Below, in pieces: positions 1-11,251 of a stretch of 64,000 nt of DNA. The position numbers and the translations under genes are program-made. The notes beneath the pieces were generated by a model, which worked only from the letters and a program-made list of their open reading frames with translations, was not told where the DNA came from and made no database searches. Location of the stretch: assembly GCF_000150275.1 (NCBI RefSeq), contig NW_002060951.1, positions 989,186 through 1,053,185 of the forward strand, in the 5' to 3' direction. The first letter of the stretch is position 1; each line of letters begins with the position of its first letter. This stretch comes from Trichoplax adhaerens (Eukaryota > Animalia > Placozoa).

Positions 1-3000
1 CAGGTATTAGACTATTCGGTAATATACAGAATCGATTATTAAATACCTTCTCCATGAAAATATCATCACTGGCTTGGCAATAAAGAAACTTATCAGACTT
101 TCCCTAAAATTAATTTCTAGTATTTAGAATGAATTCAATAACAGATATTCCAGCATTCATACTAACCGAAAATGAACATTCCCAAAATTCTGGTTTAGGT
201 CTAGTTTGCGTATACAAAACTAGTATAAATCCAGTTGATCCATCACGAATTCTAACAGAAGAACGATTGATACAAAATGTTTAATACACAATAGCGCTAT
301 AGTTAATATCAAAATTGAATTCCCGACTTACTTGTTTGTAAGCCTTTGGCTATAGAGATATCTCATGCAAGCTGACCATACATAAGGATGGTGGATGCTT
401 ATTACCCCATCAACCCATCTGCAAAATATATGGAAATGGTTAGTGGAAGCGGTTATAAAATACGCGTTGAAAGAATCATGAAATTTCTCTACGCACATTC
501 CAACTAGAGGTATAGAAGATAGCTTCGGATCTGAATCCAAAACCAGTAGTAAATTATGGGAATTATTTATGGCTACATACCTAAGATGAAAAGTATCCAG
601 GTTAAACAATGCTACAGTTACTATAAGATATTTAAATAGAACTAATAGTAAAGAAAGGTAAAATAATATTCGTATTTATGGTAACTGTACCCCGACTTTT
701 GTGTATCTTGGAAATTACTCAAATGTAAAGGACCAGACAAGCTACGTGCTAAAGCAGTTGGTACGATTGACACCGGTAAAATAGGAACAGCGGTAATTAA
801 AGCAGATGGAACAACGACCCCACCTAAATTAATACATTAGTTCAAACACATTAGTCCAATTTTGTCGGCCGATTCTTATTACCAAAATTTACTAAGAACA
901 GACAACTAAGAGAGGAAGACTCCTAACGTACTGTTACTACTGTATATATTGAGATATGTTACATAAGCCTAAAAGTTAAAGAGTATCAGGTAACGCTAGT
1001 AAACCTTAACAGCATCGTTATAATGTTTCGATACTACAGTTCTATACATAACATGATTTGTAACATTTATGTTGCTTACTTGTAACATTAATAGAAATTT
1101 CATCACTATCTACATAATATGTAGCATGAATCTTTAAAGAAAGCATGTCCTTGATATCCACACTGTCACACGATAGCTTCAGGTTTTTTGTTAAGGTCTG
1201 CATAAGTACATGTACATATATAAAAATTACAGTTATCTTTAACACTAGCTAATTTACTAAAGGTATACAATAACACTTTGTAATTACGATGGCTGTAGTA
1301 AGCCAATCTATTATGTCAAAACTATTATAAACTATCAATCAGTACCTGAAATGCATCATAATATTCACTGATGCTGAATGGCGACACGCCTTCCGACCCT
1401 AAGCAGGCCAATTGCATCTAAGATAATTTGGTAGAAACAAGACAAGAGATTTTAAGGCTGCATAGCATATAGCACGTCCACTGTAAGTGTAGTAGAATAT
1501 ATGTATCTCTCATCCAGAACTGATAACTTAATCTAATACATCAATTATTCATAAATGACATTATTGGTAATATGATAAAATTCGCAAGATCCGAAAAAGA
1601 ACAATGACAGGTAAAAGTGCTGCAACTAACTTACAGATAAGGGTATAATCACATCACCAGGGATTACAGCAGTTGGAACATGAAGAGACTTGTTTCCTTC
1701 TCCAATTAGTTATATCGAAATAAATAGTAGTAAGAGAATTAAATGAAAAAAGATATATCAAAGTAATAATAGCAAAGCTACGCTTCATGTAATAGCGCAC
1801 GTTATCAACAGTAACAACATCTGTGCTTACGATAGCAATATACTGACATTGCTAAAAAAGTATAAATAGTCTATATTAAATTTAGCAAGTAACCGAGTCT
1901 ATTTGGGCTACTCAATAAAAAAATAAAGTATCTATATCACAAAAGGCCGTAAACAAGACATTGAATTTAAAAATTATAATGAATTACTGTATTGACTACT
2001 TCGGGAAAATAAATCATGGTCAGTAAAATACCCCAAAACAAAAAATATTATATATCTTACCTTTTCTGTCTATTATCCTTCCAGGATCGAAACGATCGAT
2101 GTTTATTATGACTCTATCATCTAGCAACAAGATTATCTAAAATTCTTATCACGGTAATAGCTTGTATTTTAGTTATATCAATGGCACTCTACTCAGAGTA
2201 ATTTAGTTGTATTCACAGCACCTTTATAATCTATTTTAACTATCATCACAGTTTACATGAATGAATAGAATATTAAACTTTACATCACTTGTATATACAT
2301 TGGGTATTACATTCTTTTAGGTTATGAAATTGAACGCCGACCAAATACCGTATATCAAAAGCCATTCTAAGTGTAGCAATATTACTATCCCTGATTACTA
2401 TAGAAGTATCAGAACTATGGTTAATCTTGCATACCTTTATTAATATTCAGGCTACCTAGTAAAAAAAACTTCTGTATCCTTTTAGTAGCACTGGTTTCTG
2501 TATGGAGTTGATAAGCACTTCGCTGTGCTAAACGTAAACATTTCTCAGTGATATCAATCGTGAGATTACAATCACTATATAGAAGAATAAAGATATCAGT
2601 TAAAAAGAATGAGGCAACCTAGATAGCAGTAATATTATATAATATATATAGTTTGGTATGATTAAATAGATGCTACAGCGTAGTTGCCATCGTACATTAC
2701 ACATATCAGTACGCGTACAGGTGTACGTACTTTATCAATTCTATAGTTCATGACCTAAGTTACCTGTACGCGTATATTTAGGTTGCGCCGCACTTAACGA
2801 GAGTATGCAAGACGAAAGCTGTTAGTGTTTTTGAGATGAAAGATTATACTACCGAAATAAATGTAATACGAGCATATCTTATGCAATGACATAATGTAAC
2901 GTCAATGGCATATGACTGCCGAAAACTGGTGATTACTCTTGACTATGGCCGTTTCTACGAGCGATGATTTATTAGGTAGAATACGAACAGTATAACGCAA

Positions 3001-3557
3001 AATGGCAGATGCATAAATTATGCGCTATAATGCACCAATAACGTAGCTCATTGAATGCTATCGATCGCAATTTCTATATTAAATAGTGTAGTTGTTATTA
3101 CCTTCCTTTAAGCAAATGTAACTCTTCCTGCTCCCCTTGTGCCTTACTATCCCTAGTTATAACAAGAGCAAAATAATAAATTTTAGCATCTAACTGGAAC
3201 TATTTTCTTATTCTTTGCTTCTAAAGAAGCATTACACATTATACAGTATTGTACTGATAGTATTACAAGACAACGAGATGACATCACAGCTACATAATCG
3301 TCTTTTATTCGCTAGTTCCTATACGAGTAAAAACACGTAAGTCTACTCGATCTCAACTTAACATAGCCCAGAATAAAGTAGATGAGGGAATCAGCAAATC
3401 AAGTCATCGTTATCATCGTCATTCTAGCTCTCTCCTTTAAATCTAGCCTTATTACTACGTATCCTATAGTACAATAACAATATTGGCATGGTTCACCAAT
3501 CACAAGAGCATACCAGAGCTTGGTCATTATCTCAGGTAAATTTTCATTTGTAGCCAT
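1..3557 (-). CDS. STIL: STIL (SCL/TAL1-interrupting locus) centriole-duplication protein, N-terminal part; multi-exon, continues past the window start
   Basis: Spliced exons read MATNENLPEIMTKLW|DSKAQGEQEELHLLKGR..ITEKCLRLAQR..FFLLGSL..INIDRFDPGR..VPTAVIPGDVIIP..IVPTALARSLSG..LLLVLDSDPKLSSIPLVGIW..VWSACMRY..FILVLYTQTRPKPEFWEC. This is colinear with the STIL N-terminal domain (TEKTIRLAYR, VDRFDPGR, IIPTALARNLS, LLLLESDPKVYSLPLVGIW). ATG at 3555-3557. Confidence 0.92.
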
Positions 3558-4937
3558 CTTGGATAGGTCAGTTTTCCTGGGCAGTAGAATAATGGAATCA
3601 TAATGTCACATCAAATCACTTTACTAACTGATATCTACCAATGGTATATCTCTTATCATGCGAATATATTTCTGTTGTATACTAATCATACGAGTAGCGT
3701 AATAATAGTAAAAATAATTCTAGTATACGCGTCTACTGTCTACTACATAGGTACTGTATACTCGTTACTAGTACTAAAACATTCAAAGTTGCAGCAATAC
3801 AAACATTTTCTCCTGTACTACTGTATTGGCTACAAATCCGTGGCTGTCAAAGCCTTAATATGTGCCATTGATAAATTATTATCGAAGCCATTATCCCGTT
3901 GTAACGCTAATATAGTACAAAATTCTGCAGGATATTAAGATTCAAGCAGTCTAAACAACATGAAGTTAAGGCCACTAAAATAATCGCCACTACTATGAAT
4001 GATAATCCAAAAGGCTAGCTAACCTGAAAAGCTTCAAAGAACATCAAGTGCGTTGAAAATTCAGTTATTGATGTAAGTTGTAACCTGTATCAAGTCGCAG
4101 ATTACTAGTAGTATATCTGAATTGGTCTAAAGGATCTTAACTAATCACCAAATCTGATTGTACTCGCTTAAAATATCGCAAATGGAAAGAAATTCTTAAT
4201 CAATTCTAACATCAAGGCGACGAGATTCCCCTTCCAAGGACTTGCATACGGAATTTTGGATGCTGTTAATATACACTGTACAGTATACATACTGTCTAAG
4301 GTACAGACAGCTGATTAACAACACCCGCAGTAGCTATACACTGAGTGTAGAGTACAGTCACAGTATGGAACATTTCCCGCCTTTTTTTTTATAGCTAACA
4401 CATCACGTGGGACATGGCTGCAGTTGACACTCTGGTCTCGGTCTGGGACCGTCCTCTACAGTATTACAGTACGTTACGTACAGTACTGTAGCCCACTCAT
4501 GCAAATGACTACTGTACAGTAGCAAAAATTGTAGCGTACAGTACTGACACTGTACACTTTGCAGTGCGTTACAGTAGTCTGTCTGTCCATCAGTATCCTT
4601 TGCACCAAGTTCTCATTTAAAGTTAGCTTTTATTTATTATACCGTATCATAATACAATAACATAAAGTTCATACGCCAGTAAGTTAAAGATGAAAATGAC
4701 TACAAAATCAGACATGAAGGGAATATTTGTATGAAATAAACAATTCAAATTTTCTATCATCAATGCGATAGAATAACTATTCTATTTCAGCAATAACAAT
4801 ATTATCAAGTTTATTCGCAAAATGATCTAGCAGCATCTAGACGACATGATACAAATTCTGATAACAATAAACCTATTCATAGGTTAAAGTTATAAAATGG
4901 AAACTGCTAATCAGCAGATAAAGAAAAAAAATCAAGG

Positions 4938-7900
4938 TTATAATTCGTCTTTGCTCTTGCTACTATCTTTCTCTTCTTCTTCTTCTTCTTCTTCCGCTTC
5001 TGCTTCTTCTTCTTTTTGACCTTCTTCTGATTTCTTCTTCTCCTCTTCTTCCTTCTTCTTCTTTTCCTCTTCTTCAGCTTTCTTTTTGTCAATCTGAAGA
5101 AATTAATCAATAGCATTCATTAGTCAAGATTCGTTACACCTTATTTGTGACAACTATTAATTATTGGCTCACCACTTCCTTAGCTTTTGTTTCTGGTCCC
5201 TTAGTCTGACCCCATGTATCGTCTCCAAATTTCTTGGCGTAATCGATATCATCAGTAACCAATACGTTGTCGAAAATAGTTCCAGCTTTCACTTGCCACA
5301 AATCGAAACCAACATACGCGTTATCCTCAAACAAATAAAGGTTCGAGTCTTCTTTATAATCTGGGTTATCAATCTCTGGGTGTACCCATTCTCCCTTATA
5401 TTTAGGATTGTCAATTTGCTTTGGCTTCCATTCACCCTAAATTGTAAAATGATCACAATACCATATCATTCAAAACGTATCCAATTACAACTGATATGCT
5501 ATTTCAAGTATTACCTTAAATTCAGGATTATCGATCATAGGTGGTTCCCATTCTCCATCCATTTCATCATCCCAGTCTTCTGGTTTTTTCGCCTCAGGAT
5601 CAGGAATGTGTTCTGCTTTATCCCAACCCTAAACAGAAGAATAAAATTTACTTTAAATTCTCAAACATAAATTGTATCAGGGTAGTAACTCACATCGGGT
5701 TTTTTGTCCTCGGGATCGTCAATCTTTGCATTGTCGTCCCAATCTTCTGGCTTCTTCGCATTAGGATCTTTGATCTTCTTAGGTTGTAGTAAAGCCCAAT
5801 CATCTTCCAATTTACCAGATTCTACGCTTTCGTTGTCAATTTTGACTTCGTAGGTATTGTCGGATTTAAGGATTAGCGTATATAAATGAGTTAATTCGTC
5901 ATCCTGTCATTACAAATGTTTTATACTTTAATAAACTGGCAACAATCCAAACAATAATAGACATCCAAGAAAATACGTTACCTTGCACTTAATTTCTTTC
6001 TTGATTAATTTATTTTCGCCTTGATAATTTAAAATAACGTGTACCTTCTTGGTACTATAACCGCAAATGTCAGGACCTAAAATGTTGATAACAAATTAGT
6101 TATATCATCATTCCTTACAAATATCTCGAAAAAATGGTTATCATGCAGGATGTTGAACGACTAAAATCTTATTTACAGTAACAGGCACACATGTGAACAC
6201 TTTGTTCTAAATTGTTTAATAATAATCAATCTATTGTAGGCGAATGAAAATAATGGCATTCAAAAGCAACTGCTATAGTCTTACAGAATATCGTATACTA
6301 TACATAAAATATTTCAAATTTCTAAAGTTTCCAAATTTTTTCAATAACGTACCGAACATAATATTGTACGGAGAATCACCATTCATTTTCTTTGGATTTA
6401 GCGAACTAGGGAAAAGCTGTCAATAATAATTATAATAATTGCTTAATAGGTATGTTTTAGATAAAGCAAGTACGAAATCCAAAAGAACAGACAAGCAGCT
6501 AATAGATGCAAGACATTAACAGCCAAATTGTAAATACAATTGTTAAAGTCAGGTTAATTATGCTCATTTTTACAATTCAATGTGTACTAAAGCCAAAAAT
6601 TTCACGCAATTTGTCTACTCTACAGTAAATAATAGATTTAGCTCAATTAGTTTATAACAGACACAACACTGGGTCAAAAGGAAAATAGTGATCGATTCAT
6701 CACAAATTGATGAAACAATCAAATTTAAAATTTTCTTTAATAACTGAACTGCTAAATTCTATGCCATCGGAAATAATTATGTTCCTGCATTAATAATAAA
6801 GTATCACTAGTGCTGCACCTTGTTCGTATATACTCTTAAACTGTATAGAGTAACAAGTTCATGGTCGATCATAATTAAATTAACCTAAATGATCTGAGTT
6901 AAGTTAATCACAATATTTACACTAGGTAGTAATCCATTATCATTTCCTAGATATAAATCGCAGCTTACGTATAACAAGTGATTTGCTAGTAAGATACAAC
7001 TATCTACAAATGCGCTTGGATCATACCAGGAAATATCATTTACAAAGCAAGATTATATGTAACACAGTAAGTATTTACTAGGCTTATCAAAACGTAAGTG
7101 CGCTCACAGTACAGAAGAGTACGATTCAAAATTTTGAAGACTAATATTAAGGATGGAAATACCCTGGAAAGAGGTAAAATGATGCTTATACCTAAATGGT
7201 AAGATCGGTCAATTGCAGTACATATATTATACACAGTGGACTAGTAAGATCACCATAAAATCAAATATGTAAGTCCATAGATACACCTGAAAACTGTAAA
7301 ATTACGTGCAATAATAAGCTCTAAAGTCTATCATGAGCCTATTGTGTTGTACTGCCTAAAAGAACACTTGCAAATTTACTGCTAATCGCAAGTTGTGGAG
7401 TTGGTCAATTTGCATCTCTTGTATCTAAAACACTTTCAGCACGCAGAGTGAGCATACTGTATAAATGGGATCAAGTTAAACAATACTCCTGTTCTTATTC
7501 CTATGTAATAATCCTATGCGGTAATCAAGTCCATAGTCATATGGGTTTTTATAAACAAATACTAGTTCGGAGTTTGAATTGTAGGCCAAGAAAGTATGAC
7601 ACAGAATACTAATTCCGTTAATAAAAAGAGTTGATTCTGTACTGGTACGTCATGATTAAAGATAATTCAGTAAAACCATTGTAAGTTTAGTAGGGCTAGA
7701 CAAAATATGGAACTCATTCTATCGAATCGAAAGTTAAAAAAAAAACCTATTTCAGTAGAAGGTACTCTAGTACAGGAACAAAAAAAAACCATGGCGAACT
7801 CGATCGATATGTACTCGTTTGAAAAAAGTAATTTCTACATCAAACTACCATTCTTCAAAATACTGCATATACGATTTACCTTGATATAACCACCACCGCA

Positions 7901-8419
7901 ATCAATACTTTGTTCATGCTTGACGGTAAATTGGAGGACCAACGCTTTGCCTTTATTGCTAAATGGTTTATCTAATTTAGCACTGACGGCATAAAAGCGT
8001 GCATCTTGGCTAGTTTGAATACCTATGTGCAGACATGACATTTATGAATAATTAGATGTATTGCAGGTTAATTTGTGTCATTTTTTTTTTTTCTACAGCC
8101 TCGCTCAGGTCAGCAAACTGTGTAAATTGAATTGATACCTTTGTCCTTCTCAGCATCACCATAAAATTTACCAGCAGTCAACACAAATTTTCCATAATCG
8201 CTTTTGCTTGTCGATTGAACCCATCGGCTCTCCCAGTCGGGGCCTACGACAATCAAAAATTGGATTATAAAAATGATCGCTTAAAACTAGATAGAGCAAA
8301 TTAACTTGAGTAACAATTGCTTGCCACTACTTACTGTCGAATTTTTCAACGAAGTAGGCCGTAGGGTCGGCAATGACAAGACTAGAAAGTGCCAAGCAAA
8401 GTAACGCTATCCTCATCAT
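4938..8419 (-). CDS. CALR: Calreticulin (ER lectin chaperone), multi-exon
   Basis: Signal peptide MMRIALLLLG..; exons with [37 protein letters not shown] and [20 protein letters not shown]; P-domain repeats ([44 protein letters not shown]); acidic tail ending KDEL, stop at 4938-4940. Confidence 0.97.
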
Positions 8420-8580
8420 CTTTTTTTACCAGTTGCTTCGCTCGCGTCCAATGTTGCAAGTCTACCAAGTGATGAGTCGATTTAATATCCTTGCTTAGTC
8501 ATACCAGGTCGTGAAATACCACGCACCACTGTGGGAATGAGGTTGGGCACGTGTGTCACAGACAACGGAGTCGATGATGG

Positions 8581-8599
8581 CGTGGAGAATTCTGATTGG
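8581..8599 (-). promoter_or_regulatory. ER stress response element (ERSE-I, CCAAT-N9-CCACG)
   Basis: The minus strand reads CCAAT-CAGAATTCT-CCACG, an exact consensus match, about 160 bp upstream of the calreticulin ATG. Further CCAAT boxes at ~8616 and ~8684. Confidence 0.8.
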
Positions 8600-8970
8600 T
8601 CTATATTGTTATTATCCAATCACAAGGGCTCCGACAGTTGAACGATGGGACATTCTCGAATCAGACATGCGTACTCCATGGTGATTGGCGATGCGCGTGC
8701 GTACTCGCTTCATCATCCAACCAACAGCACCGTCCATCTTGGACTTTCTTCTTCACCAATTTCATCATCAAAGCTTAAGAGTGTACAATATACGGAATAT
8801 ACTCAGTTGGAATATTATTCAATACAGCCATAGTGCTCTTCATTAGAAGATCACCGTGTAGGATTGCTGTCGTCAGTAATCCTACTCCAGTTTAGAATGC
8901 AATGAGTAGACCTTAGACTTACTGCCTTCGACTGAAATTGGTTGATGTTGAAAGTGATTAAAATATCCAT

Positions 8971-9509
8971 AAAAATATACAGTACTGTCGATGCTACTTT
9001 AAAACGGTACTGGCATACTAGTCGTCGATTTTCAAACTACACTGTACTCACCCAACTACTAAGTAATGCTTGTAGCGAATCTACTAGACTAGCAGAGTGC
9101 TGCAGATCGAGTGCAGTTGTGGACTACTTGATCAAATATCAATAGAATATACATTACTGTCGATGCTACTTTAAAACGGTATTGGCATACCAGTCGTCGA
9201 TTTTCAAACTACACTTTACTCACTGTCTCCAACTACGAAGTAATGCTTGTAGCGAATCTACTAGACTAGCAGAGTGCTGCAGATCGAGTGCAGTTAGGGA
9301 CTACTTGATGAAAGATCAATAAAATATAGTTAATTTTCCCTAAAATATACAGTACTGTCGATGCTACTTTAAAACGGCACTGGCATACCAGTTGTCGATT
9401 TTTAAACTGCACTGTACTCACTGTCTCCAACTACTAAGTAATGCTTGTAGCAAATCTAGTAGACTAGTACAGGACTGCAGATCGAGTGCAGTTAGGGACT
9501 ATTTGATGT
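8971..9509. repeat. Tandem repeat, ~175-200 bp unit x3
   Basis: Three copies of 'actgtcgatgctactttaaaacgg...ctgcagatcgagtgcagtt..ggacta.ttgat' starting near 8971, 9145 and 9343. Confidence 0.93.
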
Positions 9510-10000
9510 TAGCTAAAGCACAAGTCTGCGGTGCAATATAAATGAAATTTCAGGCTGCAGTCATCCTCGTCTTTCGTCGGATAACTCTATCATTGACTAC
9601 ATAATGTACTTTAGTCTGCAATATACAGTACAGTAGACTCTGGCGAAAGTGCAAGTATTATCATGGCGATGATAACAAGCGGAGAACGCTTGCTGAACTG
9701 AAGAGTAGATGGAGCAAACAATTTTCCATTTGTCTAGAACTACTTGAGGCCATGACGAGCGTCCACGATTCCACAATCCTTCGATGGTACTCTACCGTAC
9801 ACTATAAAGTACAGCACCTGCAATAAACACAACTCCCAGTCAACTTACCCTTTACAACTGTACCGTACAATAGTAAATAGTGGACTACCGAAGACAGGAC
9901 AGTATAAATATAAATAAAATATATATTCTATCCGTTGTCATGGTGCAGCTCGAGGCCTTGATGGTCTGCAGCTAGGTCTTGCGTACAGTATAGAATAATA

Positions 10001-11251
10001 ATGGCGTCCAGTGAAGATGACGAAGATATTCAAGCTTACCTTCAAAATCTATCCAAGAAGACAACTTCCAAACCAGATCATACTCGAAAATTCAAATTAT
10101 CGTTAAGCGATGAAGATATTGATGTATCAAGCATCTCAATATCAGAGGATCACTCTGATGGAGACATGGAGCAAGATAATCAGGTTCGAGCCAACAGCAG
10201 TCTTGACTCAACATCACAACCGTTACAACAAATCAATCACTCCATATCCAACCGATCCATGGTTAGGTCTGCAAATAGCTCAACCAACTCCATTGACAGT
10301 GCAGTCCCTAATATGCAAGATTTACAGTCAATACCTGATGATGATGACCTATTCAACGATTCACAAACTAAGAGTACCGCTTCGCCTTCTGAATCTTTCC
10401 AGTTGCAAGTTCACAACATCGATGAGCTGTTGAGCGATACTAATGAAATAAACGAGGAACTTAGCTCTCATAGAGAAAGCGCCGAAGAAATAGAAGAGGA
10501 TGTCAATCACGATTCCTACGATCGTGATGATGATTATTCTTCCATCAAATCACAAGATAATATTTCAAGTGATAATAGATCTCAGAATAGTCTAGCAGAA
10601 GATATAAAGTCCATTTCTAACTTAGAATCATCGATACAGACTATCCGTGATGAAACACATTCTGTCCACAAGTCTATTCAGTCAGATATTGAAAGTTTGC
10701 ATTATTCTACGGACGATTTTGTAACTGAAGACAGTAGCGCGCGTAAAGAGTCCCTTATTTTGTCTCGTAGCGCAACTTCCGACACCGACTACTCAACCAG
10801 CAGCGATACTACCTCTTCCAGTCGTCGCTCTGTAGTAAACACAAAGTCGAATTCCAAAGATATTATCGTAAAAGACGCTGAAGTTCAAACAGACTCACCT
10901 CCTAGGCAAGGTAACATCCAAACATCGATCGGTCCAAGTTATGGCCATGAATATTTAGATCCAGCGCCTATTGCAACACACGTAATCAGCCCCGATGCAT
11001 TAGAAGCGGTAACTGCTTATAACCCTATGACTGTCGCTCTGAATAACATGCTACGAGATCAACTAAATTTAACGAAGAACTTTGTGGACTCAAACAGGAG
11101 GCTTTATAACGCCGAAATTGATAATATCCAGTCGAATTCTTATCATTATGTCACACTGCAAGATACCAAACGGTATATTCAGGAAAATAGAAGGCCTCGA
11201 CTTACTTACGAAGAAGCATTAAAGCAAGTTTTGGCTGAACAGGAATATTAA
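10001..11251 (+). CDS. C19orf44: C19orf44/DUF4614-family protein, single long ORF of 416 aa
   Basis: Ser/Asp-rich disordered N-terminus. The C-terminus YLDPAPIATHVISPDALEAVTAYNPMTVALNNMLRDQLNLTKNFV..YHYVTLQDTKRYIQENRRPRLTYEEALKQV matches the recalled C19orf44 C-terminal domain ([46 protein letters not shown]). Confidence 0.88.
   Translation: MASSEDDEDIQAYLQNLSKKTTSKPDHTRKFKLSLSDEDIDVSSISISEDHSDGDMEQDNQVRANSSLDSTSQPLQQINHSISNRSMVRSANSSTNSIDSAVPNMQDLQSIPDDDDLFNDSQTKSTASPSESFQLQVHNIDELLSDTNEINEELSSHRESAEEIEEDVNHDSYDRDDDYSSIKSQDNISSDNRSQNSLAEDIKSISNLESSIQTIRDETHSVHKSIQSDIESLHYSTDDFVTEDSSARKESLILSRSATSDTDYSTSSDTTSSSRRSVVNTKSNSKDIIVKDAEVQTDSPPRQGNIQTSIGPSYGHEYLDPAPIATHVISPDALEAVTAYNPMTVALNNMLRDQLNLTKNFVDSNRRLYNAEIDNIQSNSYHYVTLQDTKRYIQENRRPRLTYEEALKQVLAEQEY

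Noticed and set aside
4907-5116. Lys/Arg-rich protamine-like ORF
   Set aside because: It is an alternative frame of the calreticulin acidic-tail exon (GAA repeats).
5164-5789. Plus-strand hydrophobic ORFs
   Set aside because: They are antisense shadows of the calreticulin P-domain exons.
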